Positions 20,166-30,179 are shown, counted from the stretch's first letter. The stretch is DNA of 64,000 bases from Patescibacteria group bacterium (GCA_035510735.1 DATKGN010000004.1:7436-71435); one strand, 5' to 3'. The notes: a model not told the origin generated them from the letters alone. Made by a program: numbers and translations.

Positions 20166-22232
20166 TTAGTGGATGTCGATAATTTTTTGTTTATAGTATC
20201 CACTAATTGGGAGGGGCTGGCTGGAGAAGAATAGACAATCTTCCCCTGCAAAAGGAAGTTGCTGGCACGCGGAAAGCGTCTTATTGGCCAAATTTTGATT
20301 CTTTAGCCTATAAAGCGCATATGAAGCAAGCTCCAGATGGTAATACGACCACACAGGCTCTAAGAGAGCAGCTTCCGATAACAACGGAACAACTGCGTTG
20401 GGGTCAGTTCTCATTACGCTGAGCCCCCAAAGATAATAAAATTTTGAAAAAAAGTGCCAATTAACAGCAATTGCCTTTGACCCGTGCATTAGTTCGATAA
20501 ACGCCCCAATGAAAAAGGGCGACTGATAATTAATTATTGGTTTGATAACAGACGTTTGTCGTTCCGTCGCGGTTTGAAACAATAAATGCATAAGGCCGGG
20601 CGCAGTTAACCGATCCACAAATTGCGGATGGGACGCAACAAATAAGATGTATTGTCTTTTATCATCTGTGCTTGCTGGGTCCAGTTGTATCGACTCTAAA
20701 AATAATTGGTTGGAAAGATGCGGGTTGTGATCTTCGGTTGCGCGAGCCAGCGCTGCCAAAACATCCGGGTCCCATTTGTGCATAAACAAAATTGCAGAAA
20801 TTTGCCAACGGGGAAAAGCGCGACTCGACGGTAACGAATCCAAATAATCCCTTATGTTTCTTTCGTTTGGAAGCGCTGTGACAAGCGTTATCGTGTCATG
20901 GGGTTTGTAGAATTGTAACGCTGTGTGTGTTGAGTAGACAATATAAAACAGCGCCAATAAACTCAAAAGAACGACCAGTAAGAATATTGGCCCAGCTCGA
21001 CGTGAGTCCGCATTCTCTCGATCTGTGTTCAACATTCCCAAAACCGCCCAAAACAATATCCACACGGTTAAAAAATCAAAAACCATTTCGTAAAAACTAT
21101 ATACAAATAGTAAAATAGCGCCATAGAACAACCCCCACCTAATTATATTATTTCTGGTTATATTTTTTGATCCACCCCGCCGGATTGCACGAAAGCGTTC
21201 CAGAAAAACCAAAATCATGAGAACAAAATACAACATGGCCCCAATAAGACCCATTTCTTCTAATATCTGCAGAGGAAAGCTGTGGGCCCATGTTGATTTA
21301 TCAGCTGTGACTGGTCCGATTTTCGACGCAATCACAAATGTTCCGGGGCCGCTTCCCACAATCGGACTTCTCATAAATCCCGCTATTGCGCCCTCCCAAT
21401 AACCAAACCGGCCATCGTTCCACGGTGGGCTTTTTATAATCTGCTCATGAAGCGGCGCCGTCATTGTGAACCGCGGCGCGTGGAAAAACCCCGTGGAAAT
21501 GCTAAAAACAGTGAGCACGGCCAAAGCAAACAGTAGCGCGCTTATAACAATGGGGAAAACCTTCCGATTGGTAAAACGGCGACGCCAAGCCAATAGCAAC
21601 AAAAATCCGAAAGAAAGCAACCACACGCCTCGGGAAAACGTTAAGACAATGAGGGCGCACCACAAAAAGTATGCGACGATACTGCGAACGGTTGGATATT
21701 GGAGAACATAAAAAGCAAACACCGGCAGAACTAAAAGAAGCAGGTTTGCAACATAATTGTGACCGTACGTTGCAGATAATAAATTCGCCTGCGGCAAAAA
21801 CCGGGAAAGACCAGGGAAAGCCAACAACACAAGCGACACCAGCCCGGTGAAAAGACCGAGAGACACAAAAGACCTAATAAACACGCCGTTGACCCTTGTG
21901 TCGCGCGAAAGACTTCTAAATAACAGAAAGGTCAAATATCCCTCGGCCAACCGCACGAGCCAAGACAAAGAGAGGGCGACGCTGTCGGAAAAAGCCCCCC
22001 GCAGACACGTATAAACTATTAAGCAGGTCCACGCAACGGCAACGGGCTTAGACGGGGCGCCTATATCGATTTTGCTAAAAAACAACAAACCATATAACAA
22101 AATCAGCGTAATTGCAAAAAACTCTTCAACCGCCGCCTGACTCCCGTCACCTAAAAAAAGAGAGATGCATAGGCACGTAAAAAAAATAAAAACAACTGCC
22201 CATTTTACAACCCCGCGGGACATCTTTTGCAT
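20166..22232 (-). CDS. O-antigen ligase-like membrane protein with C-terminal helical (TPR-like) region
   Basis: TFSRG.W, R..YW, P.VGSGPGTF, AHSFPLQILEEMGLIG. Confidence 0.8.
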   Translation of the reverse strand: MQKMSRGVVKWAVVFIFFTCLCISLFLGDGSQAAVEEFFAITLILLYGLLFFSKIDIGAPSKPVAVAWTCLIVYTCLRGAFSDSVALSLSWLVRLAEGYLTFLLFRSLSRDTRVNGVFIRSFVSLGLFTGLVSLVLLAFPGLSRFLPQANLLSATYGHNYVANLLLLVLPVFAFYVLQYPTVRSIVAYFLWCALIVLTFSRGVWLLSFGFLLLLAWRRRFTNRKVFPIVISALLFALAVLTVFSISTGFFHAPRFTMTAPLHEQIIKSPPWNDGRFGYWEGAIAGFMRSPIVGSGPGTFVIASKIGPVTADKSTWAHSFPLQILEEMGLIGAMLYFVLMILVFLERFRAIRRGGSKNITRNNIIRWGLFYGAILLFVYSFYEMVFDFLTVWILFWAVLGMLNTDRENADSRRAGPIFLLVVLLSLLALFYIVYSTHTALQFYKPHDTITLVTALPNERNIRDYLDSLPSSRAFPRWQISAILFMHKWDPDVLAALARATEDHNPHLSNQLFLESIQLDPASTDDKRQYILFVASHPQFVDRLTAPGLMHLLFQTATERQTSVIKPIINYQSPFFIGAFIELMHGSKAIAVNWHFFSKFYYLWGLSVMRTDPNAVVPLLSEAALLEPVWSYYHLELASYALYRLKNQNLANKTLSACQQLPFAGEDCLFFSSQPLPISGYYKQKIIDIH

Positions 22233-22295
22233 GTATATACATTTTTACATCAATCGGTTCACTTTGCCATAAGTTGTTCATAAAACGCGTGATTC

Positions 22296-22343
22296 TTGAC
22301 AGGGAGGCATTTCTCTATTACTATTGTGGACAACTTATCCCCA
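22296..22343 (+). promoter_or_regulatory. dnaA sigma70 promoter overlapped by two DnaA boxes
   Basis: TTGACA (22296)-N17-TACTAT (22319), followed immediately by TGTGGACAA (22325) and TTATCCCCA (22335). Each box has 1 mismatch to TTATCCACA. Confidence 0.7.
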
Positions 22344-22452
22344 AACCGATCTTCCTTGCTCGCGAGCGCCACGACCTCGCCTCGCAAGAGCGAAAGTTCG
22401 GGGCAAGCCACCAAACCCGCCCATACATTAATCTTGCTTTTATCTTCAAAAT

Positions 22453-23817
22453 ATGGACACGGAAAAACTTTGGAAATCAGTGTTAGCAGAACTTGAGCTA
22501 TCTGTCTCAAAAGCGACCTATCAAACTCATTTTGCCCATAGCGCGCTCGTTTCACTCGTAGACAATATCGCAACAATCGGTTTTGCAAACCCGCTCATGC
22601 GAACCCTTGTTGAAACCAGGTATTATTCACTCGTCAAAAGCATCCTTGATCACCATACGCATAATAATATTAGCCTTGTCTTTGCCGTTACGCCGAAAAG
22701 GGAAACGCTCACCCGCAAAGATGCGGGCCCGCTATTCACCCAAACGCTGGAGGACCAGGGGAGCGACGCTCCGATGCTCGCGAGGAGGCTCCACATCAGG
22801 CCAGACGCAACGTTTGAAAACTTTGCCGTATCGACAACCAACCAAATGGCGTATGCGGCGGCAACCGCTGTTGCTAAAACTCCGGGGACCGCATACAATC
22901 CTCTGTTCATCTACGGGGGGGTTGGCGTCGGAAAAACTCACCTCATGCACGCGGTTGCTAACGCCCTTTTGGCGAGAAAGCCCAACACGCGCGTTGTGTA
23001 TTGCATGGGCGAAGAGTTTCTGAACGAAATTATTGAAGCGATTCAAACAAAAACGGCACGCCAGTTTAAGCAAAAATACCGCTCTGCGCAACTTCTCCTG
23101 GTTGACGACGTACAGTTTATCGCAGGAAAACAGACGGCGCAGGAAGAATTTTTTCATACATTTAACGCGGTGCACCGTGAGGGAGGACAAATTATTCTCA
23201 TCTCGGACCGACCGCCAGCCGAAATATCAAAACTCGAAGATCGTCTGAGGAGCCGGTTTGAAGGAGGGCTGACCGTTGATATCGCCGCCCCAGACTTTGA
23301 GCTCCGGGTGGCAATTATTAATATTAAATCTGCAGCCATGGGACTATTGGTTCCCTCTGACGCAGCACAGCTCATCGCCGCAAACCTTCTTGATACGCGC
23401 GCAATTGAAGGCTTTTTGCGGCGCCTGACTACGGAAATCGCTGCGCGCGGAGGATCGGTAACGCAAGAGCTTGTCTCATCACTTTTAAGCATTAAGTCCG
23501 GCCCAAAAAATATAGAAGCCCAAAAACGGCGGGTGCCGCCGCAGGAGCTTTTGGATGTGGTGGCGACATATTTTGGAATAAAACCGACCGCAATTAAGGG
23601 TCCAAAACGCGACCGCCCCCTAGCGAGACCGCGACAGGTTTTTATGTATCTATGTAGGACCGAGCTTGGATTAACGCTTAACGACATTGGCGGCGCGCTT
23701 GGTGGGCGCGACCACACAACCATCATGCACGGCGTTGAGACCATAACGCGCGAGTTGTCCACAAACGAACGATTGAGAGAGGCGGTGGCGGGGATAAAAC
23801 TGAAGGTTTGGGCATAA
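22453..23817 (+). CDS. dnaA: Chromosomal replication initiator
   Basis: YNPLFIYGGVGVGKTHL, LLVDDVQF, QEEFFHTFN, RLRSRFEGGL, GGRDHTTIMH. Confidence 0.99.
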   Translation: MDTEKLWKSVLAELELSVSKATYQTHFAHSALVSLVDNIATIGFANPLMRTLVETRYYSLVKSILDHHTHNNISLVFAVTPKRETLTRKDAGPLFTQTLEDQGSDAPMLARRLHIRPDATFENFAVSTTNQMAYAAATAVAKTPGTAYNPLFIYGGVGVGKTHLMHAVANALLARKPNTRVVYCMGEEFLNEIIEAIQTKTARQFKQKYRSAQLLLVDDVQFIAGKQTAQEEFFHTFNAVHREGGQIILISDRPPAEISKLEDRLRSRFEGGLTVDIAAPDFELRVAIINIKSAAMGLLVPSDAAQLIAANLLDTRAIEGFLRRLTTEIAARGGSVTQELVSSLLSIKSGPKNIEAQKRRVPPQELLDVVATYFGIKPTAIKGPKRDRPLARPRQVFMYLCRTELGLTLNDIGGALGGRDHTTIMHGVETITRELSTNERLREAVAGIKLKVWA

Positions 23818-24013
23818 CATACAAAGATTTCCACTTATCCACAAATGTCCGTTTTTTATCCACAATCTTATCCACCCACCAACTAACAATTTTCTCGTTT
23901 TTTAAATCCACAAAAGCTCGCCTTATAACAACCCGTTGACTTGCGGGGGCAAAAGACATACACTTTTCCACGCACGTTTTTATTACTAATACTAATTATA
24001 TTACCTATTCATT
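23818..24013. other. Replication origin oriC (dnaA-dnaN intergenic)
   Basis: Perfect TTATCCACA at 23835 and 23856, TTATCCACC at 23868, TTTTCCACG at 23964. These are followed by an AT-rich TAT-TAC-TAA-TAC-TAA run at 23981-23995. Confidence 0.85.
23936..23964 (+). promoter_or_regulatory. Putative dnaN promoter inside oriC
   Basis: TTGACT-N17-TACACT. Confidence 0.55.
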
Positions 24014-25120
24014 ATGACCATTAGCGTACTTCAGGAAAATTTATTACGGGCGCTTGCAAGAACGGGAAGAGTGGTCCCCCTTAAACCCCAGCTCCCGATT
24101 ATTCAAAATATCTTACTTTCAACGGAGGAGGGGCGGCTGAAACTGACAGCCACGAACCTCGAGACAACAGAAACCGTATTGGTCGGGGCGAAGGTAGAAA
24201 AAAACGGAGGAATCTGCGTCTCATCCCGGCTTCTTGGTGAATTTGTCTCCTCACTCCCACAAGAAACGGTTCACCTGTCTCTTAAGGATGGAGCGCTGCT
24301 CGTTCAGTGTGGTGGGTTTCGGGCTTCAATCCCCGGAGTGGCGGCCGAGGAGTTTCCAAGACTTGCAGTAGTTACAAAAGAAAAAGGGGAGGCGATTGAA
24401 AAAGAAAACTTTATAAGGGCCGTTGAGCGGGTCCTTTTCTCGGCCGCAACCGATGAAGGGAGGCCACTTCTGACGGGCGTACGAATCGCGGGGGCGGGAG
24501 ACGACACCACCATCGTCGCGACAGACGGATACAGACTCTCCCTCAATAGAATGAGTCTTAAGACAAAAAAAGAATTAACCCTCCTTATCCCCGCGCGGGC
24601 GCTCGGAGAAGTTTTGAAGGTGGGAGTTGAAGAGAAGAGCGTGAAAGACATCTATATAACTCCGCCCCTCGACGGACAGGTTTCGTTCTTCATCGGGGAC
24701 ACAGAGATTAGAACCAGACTTATTGACGGCGAATATCCAAACATTGAGAAAACGATTCCGACGAAACATAACACCCGCGTGCTCCTTGACCGAAACGGGC
24801 TTGAAAAAGCCGTAAAGGCCGCGTCAATCTTTGCCCGGGACAACGCAAACATCGTGCGGTTTCATGTTGAGAATCAAACGGTTACGATATCGGCAAACAC
24901 CCCGCAGGTCGGGGAGGACCAAATAGATATTGAAGCCAAGGTTGACGGGGAGGGAGGAGACATGGCGTTTAACAGCAGGTTTCTTCTTGAATTCTTAGCC
25001 AATTTTCACGAAGAGGAGCTTTTGTTTGAAATGACGGGGTCACTCAATCCCGGAGTCTTCCGGCCCGTCAAAGACGATTCATACCTTCATATAATTATGC
25101 CCGTGCGGGTACAAAACTGA
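24014..25120 (+). CDS. dnaN: DNA polymerase III beta sliding clamp
   Basis: ATNLE, RPLLTGV, VATDGYRL, RLIDGEYP, AFNSRFL, IIMPVR. Directly after dnaA. Confidence 0.98.
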   Translation: MTISVLQENLLRALARTGRVVPLKPQLPIIQNILLSTEEGRLKLTATNLETTETVLVGAKVEKNGGICVSSRLLGEFVSSLPQETVHLSLKDGALLVQCGGFRASIPGVAAEEFPRLAVVTKEKGEAIEKENFIRAVERVLFSAATDEGRPLLTGVRIAGAGDDTTIVATDGYRLSLNRMSLKTKKELTLLIPARALGEVLKVGVEEKSVKDIYITPPLDGQVSFFIGDTEIRTRLIDGEYPNIEKTIPTKHNTRVLLDRNGLEKAVKAASIFARDNANIVRFHVENQTVTISANTPQVGEDQIDIEAKVDGEGGDMAFNSRFLLEFLANFHEEELLFEMTGSLNPGVFRPVKDDSYLHIIMPVRVQN

Positions 25121-25132
25121 GTGCCGCCCATA

Positions 25133-25780
25133 TTATTGATTGATATACCGAATGACCACGCTGGTGGCATCGCTAACGCCCCGTTGTGCCAGCCAGCTAA
25201 GAAAATTCGTTTTGTTTTGATCGTATGGTTGTGAAAGCATGACCGTGTAGACATCACTGTCATATGAATAATTAACAGCAAAACCCGGCAGTGTTATCGG
25301 TACGCTTTTACGGATATTTTCCAGTGCGGCCCCCTGCGTAGCATACTTTTGTTGATTATTTTGTTCTATCTGATTGAACATCGTGTTCCATCCCGGCGCG
25401 TTATCTATCGCCTGTTGCGTGGTGAACCTTAATATATATGGAGGATTAGTGCTCACGGAAACAGCATATTGGGTTTCCGGCAGGAACATTGATATCGGCT
25501 TGATCTGGATAGAGCTACTTGTGATGCTTATGATGGAAACGTCTGTTGTCGGAGTCACGACGACGGAATATTCTTTTGGTGTGGGGGGGCGATTGAACAC
25601 GATCGTCACGGGTAAAAAGGGGTTGTACGAGGTTCCTTCGGAAGGTGTACTGCTAATGACGGCCAACGGAACGACGGCGGGCGGACGCAATAAAATGTAT
25701 AAAACAATACCCACAACAACAACCAGACTAAATAATACAAGAAGAAGGCGCTGTCTGACAAATTCCAAAAGATTTTTCAT
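25133..25780 (-). CDS. Membrane-anchored protein with Ig-like domain (T4SS locus)
   Basis: N-terminal TM, then VISSTP.EG...VTIVFNRP...L.PETQY.V.V (Big_5-like). Confidence 0.55.
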   Translation of the reverse strand: MKNLLEFVRQRLLLVLFSLVVVVGIVLYILLRPPAVVPLAVISSTPSEGTSYNPFLPVTIVFNRPPTPKEYSVVVTPTTDVSIISITSSSIQIKPISMFLPETQYAVSVSTNPPYILRFTTQQAIDNAPGWNTMFNQIEQNNQQKYATQGAALENIRKSVPITLPGFAVNYSYDSDVYTVMLSQPYDQNKTNFLSWLAQRGVSDATSVVIRYINQ

Positions 25781-28212
25781 TGTGCGGCCCCCTTATTATT
25801 TACGACAAGCCAAATGTTGTCTATATGGTAGTCATAATTAGAAGTTGCCGCGGCGCAGGAATCAACCAAATGGAGCGTTGTGGTCTGTTCCGGGCGGGCA
25901 GGATCGAGTGCGGTTACATCGTTGGTTCCTTTTTGAACGCCGACGATTGCCACAATGTGTCCCGACGGACCGGAATTCGTAAATTTTTCACACCCGCTTG
26001 CGTACACGACGCGCGTACAATCCTGCGGCCGGGATGGGTCGGGTGGCGCATCAAATATACTCTCGAGCTCGTTCGGGTTCATGTGTGTAACACTAAGCCC
26101 TGCGGTCGTCAGGACACCGAAGGATTTGTCATTATCGGTTAGGCAGCTTGGGGCCTCACCCGGCTGAGTGTAAAGATATCCGCCAACCTTATGCTGCTGA
26201 ATCCAGACGTCTACAACCGTGTGTTGTAGGCCAAAACCATTTAGTATCTCCGTCATCGTGGCGCTTCCACACCCCGACGGTCCGATGGCACAGGCGGTGT
26301 TTGGGGCGGTACAGACGCCAACATTGGGGTCAGGGTTTACCGCCGCGCACGTAATACCGCTCCACGCGGAATCGTACTGATATATGTGGGCGTTTGTAAA
26401 ATTCGGACAGATCAACGTAACCTGCGGGGAAGCGCCTTCAACTCCTCCCAAATCTGCCGGGATAAAATTCATCTGATTCGCCTTGTTTTGTGCGGCCGCC
26501 GTCGACCAGAGGAGCACTGCTACGCCGATGGCCAATAGGGGAGCAAGGTATAACGGATTATCATACCACTCTCTTTTTGGCGCGGGTGCGGACAGATAGC
26601 TCTGGATAAGTTCGCCAATTCCGCGGCTTGCAGCGGCCACCCCGCGGTTTGCGCCGGTTGCGACCCAGTTGCCGACCGCGGCGAGCGCCCCCTTTATTTT
26701 ATCCCAGAAGGCGGTTGCAATAAAAACAGCCCACCCCAGGGGGCCTGATAGCCACTCTGCTGCGGCCGCAGGCAAAAATGTACTTAAAAATTTGAGCGCC
26801 GCTCCCTGGGCCGCTTCGCGCGTAAACGTGCCAACAGTCCCGCCCGCCGCCGTTTCGGCAGCAGCCGCGCCGCCGCCCGCCGCTTTATTTACCCCCAGGC
26901 CCACGAGCCAATCCAAAGGAGAAGCTCCCGCCGGAAAAAGCTCCGGATGCCGGCCGTAGGCGACAGAAGCTGCAATCTTGTTTGGATTAAAGTCGGGACT
27001 CGGCTGAAACGTCTGAAGCTCTATGTAATCATACATTTCTTTATTTGAAACTCCGAACCCGGAGAATCCGCTAAATATATTGCTAATGCCACCGCCCCGG
27101 CGCTCTGAAAACTGCTTGTTTCCCTCCATCACCAGAGAATCAAGCGCCTCTTTGTTGACGCCCCGACGGGTCATTTCTTCGACAAATCCCTCGGCTTTTG
27201 TTGCGCCCTCCCAGGTCCTTGCAACAACGTCAGTTATGGTTGTCTGGGTAACGCCGGGGAACACCGTTCTCGCAGCATCAACGAAGGCGCTGTTCATTCG
27301 CGCAATCGGCTGTTTTATAAAACTTTCGGGCGCATTTACGACCGTTGCCATGCGCGACAACCGGATTGCGTCCTCCGCTTTGTCTCCACGCGCAATGGAT
27401 TCAAAAATAATATTAGGGGTAGTTATTTCCGGATTTTTAGCGACGACGTCGATGGATTGAGCAATAGCTGCGAAATCGCGGTCGAGGCCCGTCTCTTCGC
27501 AATATTCGGCAGCCGCACGCTGCGCTTCCTGCTCGTTGGCCGCACCCGTCTTTTGCAGTCGTCTTGATATTTCTGCGCGGGCTTCGTCTGGTGTTAATTG
27601 TGTGAAAGGTTTGTCGATTTCCCGCTTTGCCGCTTCTAATTCTTCCTTCGTTCCGTAGACTTTTTTCTCCTCCAGAATTTTAAAGAACCTCACGACCTTT
27701 GTGTCCGTTTTTTGACGTATTTGTTGAACCGTTGATATCGTCTCCTCCCATGCTTTATCCCGGACCGCACCGCTAACAACCTCAATGGGCGTGCTTTGAT
27801 CAAGTTTTTCGTCGGCTTGTTTAAATTGTGTAAGGTTGCCGGCTCCCTCGGGAACGGGCTCCACTGCAGCGACAAGCTCCGGGCTGTTTGAAACAAGACC
27901 TTTTATGTCAACCACCGCCTCGACGGGCGACTCTGACACCAGCTTCACGACGAATTCAGGGTGGGCGGAAAAATATGCGCGATATTCTTTGTATCCTTCA
28001 GCTTGCCGCAAAAACTCTTTGACCGTGATTCCTTCACCTTTCGTGACGGCATTGTTGTCATTTATCTTGCCCAGGATTTCTTTTGAGAACGCTAAGGCAG
28101 ACTGTTCTTTTGTCTTCTTCGCCCGAGAGTTGGCGGTGTTAACCGTTTGATTTTCTGCCTCCTTGGAAAAAGCATTCGGGGATAGTGTTGTTGCATCAGC
28201 ATCTGTTGCCAT
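25777..28212 (-). CDS. Large membrane protein with C-terminal C39-like cysteine peptidase domain
   Basis: Charged helical N-terminus and an Ala/Gly-rich TM region. The C-terminus has YQYD..W, GCGSAT (Cys), GHIVAIVG (His) and LDPA (Asp). Confidence 0.65.
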   Translation of the reverse strand: MATDADATTLSPNAFSKEAENQTVNTANSRAKKTKEQSALAFSKEILGKINDNNAVTKGEGITVKEFLRQAEGYKEYRAYFSAHPEFVVKLVSESPVEAVVDIKGLVSNSPELVAAVEPVPEGAGNLTQFKQADEKLDQSTPIEVVSGAVRDKAWEETISTVQQIRQKTDTKVVRFFKILEEKKVYGTKEELEAAKREIDKPFTQLTPDEARAEISRRLQKTGAANEQEAQRAAAEYCEETGLDRDFAAIAQSIDVVAKNPEITTPNIIFESIARGDKAEDAIRLSRMATVVNAPESFIKQPIARMNSAFVDAARTVFPGVTQTTITDVVARTWEGATKAEGFVEEMTRRGVNKEALDSLVMEGNKQFSERRGGGISNIFSGFSGFGVSNKEMYDYIELQTFQPSPDFNPNKIAASVAYGRHPELFPAGASPLDWLVGLGVNKAAGGGAAAAETAAGGTVGTFTREAAQGAALKFLSTFLPAAAAEWLSGPLGWAVFIATAFWDKIKGALAAVGNWVATGANRGVAAASRGIGELIQSYLSAPAPKREWYDNPLYLAPLLAIGVAVLLWSTAAAQNKANQMNFIPADLGGVEGASPQVTLICPNFTNAHIYQYDSAWSGITCAAVNPDPNVGVCTAPNTACAIGPSGCGSATMTEILNGFGLQHTVVDVWIQQHKVGGYLYTQPGEAPSCLTDNDKSFGVLTTAGLSVTHMNPNELESIFDAPPDPSRPQDCTRVVYASGCEKFTNSGPSGHIVAIVGVQKGTNDVTALDPARPEQTTTLHLVDSCAAATSNYDYHIDNIWLVVNNKGAAQ

Positions 28213-28218
28213 GGCGGT

Positions 28219-30174
28219 TTACTCTGTGTCGTTTACCGTTTCTATTGTAAATATCGGACGGTTTGCATTGGGCGTAGTCGCTACAGGCGGGTTTAAGGGC
28301 GGTGACTGTGTCACAGATGTCACCGGTGGTGACGATGTGGCCACCGATGGGTGCGCCTCAACGATCGGCGATTCTGCCTCCTTTTGTTTTCTCATTGCTT
28401 CGAGATCCTGCGGTTTTGTAGTAATAAGTGCATGTTCCTGCGGCGAGGATATGACCCGCATGGCGGCGTGTGACGGCCCCGCGAAAAACAACCCCTCGCC
28501 GACATTTGACGCCAGGAGCAGGTGCTTCTCTCCTTCGGAAAGGAAAAATATTTCCGCAATCCGGTCGATGGCGGCGGAGGATTGTTTGAGGAGTATTTGT
28601 AAACTGCTGTTTTGTATGATGGTTTTCCCGAGATCGACGGACAAGAAATCTTCGACATCCTGTGTAATCGTCGTTAGTCCCAGGTAGTATTTTCTGGCCC
28701 GCTTTGCAATTGAATTTAAGAACGCGCCTGAGTCAGGATATTTCATCATGTACCACGCCTCATCAACAATGAGAATCCGCCGTTTTGTATTGCGCCGAAC
28801 CTTCGTCCATATAAAATCCAATATGAGATACATAGCGATGGGCCGGAGTTCGTCCTCAAGATCGCGGATGGAAAACACGGTTAACTGATTCCGTATTTCT
28901 ACGTTTGTCTGCTGGTCAAATATTCCGACGAGGCTTCCTTTAACGAATTTTTCAATTCGGTCGGCAAGCCCCCTTGCCGTGACGTCTTCCATGCCGACGA
29001 GCGTTTTATAGAGGTCTTCCATGAGCGGCGGTTCTTTGGCTTGGGTTTCAGGATCAGGCGTAATACCTTTTTGTTTATAGGCAAGGATAAGCGCGCGATC
29101 GAGGAGGGCGTCCTCTGACGGCGTGAGCTTCCCCATGACGACGCGGAAAAAACCGTGGAGCGAAAGTATTTTTTGATTGAGCTCGCTGTCTTCCTGGATT
29201 ACTCCTTTTTGGTGGAGAAGGGCAAGGTCAAAAGGGTTTATTTTTGTCGCGGCTCCGAAGTGAAAGCGGATGTATTCGCCGCCCAAGGCATGGGTCAGCG
29301 TCTCATACTCATTCTCGGGATCGATCACGATAACCTCGGTGTCAAACATCAGGCTCCGCAGTATTTCAAGCTTTACCATGTAGCTTTTTCCTGATCCTGA
29401 TTTCCCAAATACGACGGTATTTGCGTTTTCAAGCGTAAACCGGTCAAAGATGATCAAGCTGTCATTATGTTCATTGATGCCGTAGAGAATTCCTTCGTTG
29501 GCGGTAAGCTCCGACGTGGTAAACGGAAACGTTGTTGCAAGCGAGGTCGTATCCATATTGCGCGTGATAACAAGGCGGTCTTGACCCATCGGAAGCGTAG
29601 TTTTCAGGCCCTCCTCCATTTGGAGCGTTGCACGTTTCGTGACGATGAGGAGGGAGGCGAGCGTTGCCTCCACCTGTTTTGATGTTTTATTGAGATCCTC
29701 AAGAGATCGCGCGGGGATGGTCACGTAAAGACCGAATTGAAAAAACCTTTGGGCGCCTTTGGCAAGTTCCTGTTGAAGCGAGAGAGCGTCCTCAAGCGCC
29801 ACCTGGACGGACGGTTCAATCACCCGCCCGCGCTTCATATCCGATTGAATGGTGGCCTCCATCTCGCCGACTTTCCGCTTCAGGTTCTCCAGCACCTCTT
29901 CGCTCCGCGTCGGATACACAAACATAGAAATTTCAAGCGTATGGTTAAATGAAATGAGCGGTTCAAGCCAATTGGCGCTTACGAACCGTGGGTATCCGGC
30001 GACAAACAGCGTGCGGTAAAAGTAGGTACCGATCTTTAGGAAATCAAAATCGACTTCAATTGCGGGCGGAGCGATAATATCTTTTACCGAGAGCGGCGTA
30101 TTTGAGTCTCCCGGCTTCAGGTCGTCGCTCGGCATCGGATCAAGAATTTTTTTAAGAACGGGCGGGATGTCCAT
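28219..30174 (-). CDS. virB4: VirB4-like T4SS ATPase
   Basis: Walker A GKSGSGKS, VIDPENEY, INPFD, Walker B LIVDEAW, KRARKY...TQD. Confidence 0.92.
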   Translation of the reverse strand: MDIPPVLKKILDPMPSDDLKPGDSNTPLSVKDIIAPPAIEVDFDFLKIGTYFYRTLFVAGYPRFVSANWLEPLISFNHTLEISMFVYPTRSEEVLENLKRKVGEMEATIQSDMKRGRVIEPSVQVALEDALSLQQELAKGAQRFFQFGLYVTIPARSLEDLNKTSKQVEATLASLLIVTKRATLQMEEGLKTTLPMGQDRLVITRNMDTTSLATTFPFTTSELTANEGILYGINEHNDSLIIFDRFTLENANTVVFGKSGSGKSYMVKLEILRSLMFDTEVIVIDPENEYETLTHALGGEYIRFHFGAATKINPFDLALLHQKGVIQEDSELNQKILSLHGFFRVVMGKLTPSEDALLDRALILAYKQKGITPDPETQAKEPPLMEDLYKTLVGMEDVTARGLADRIEKFVKGSLVGIFDQQTNVEIRNQLTVFSIRDLEDELRPIAMYLILDFIWTKVRRNTKRRILIVDEAWYMMKYPDSGAFLNSIAKRARKYYLGLTTITQDVEDFLSVDLGKTIIQNSSLQILLKQSSAAIDRIAEIFFLSEGEKHLLLASNVGEGLFFAGPSHAAMRVISSPQEHALITTKPQDLEAMRKQKEAESPIVEAHPSVATSSPPVTSVTQSPPLNPPVATTPNANRPIFTIETVNDTE

Positions 30175-30179
30175 ATGAA

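Noticed and set aside
22259-23971. Antisense and alternate-frame ORFs over dnaA and oriC (and similar shadow ORFs throughout)
   Set aside because: They overlap well-supported genes, have no motifs and are expected by chance at this GC content.
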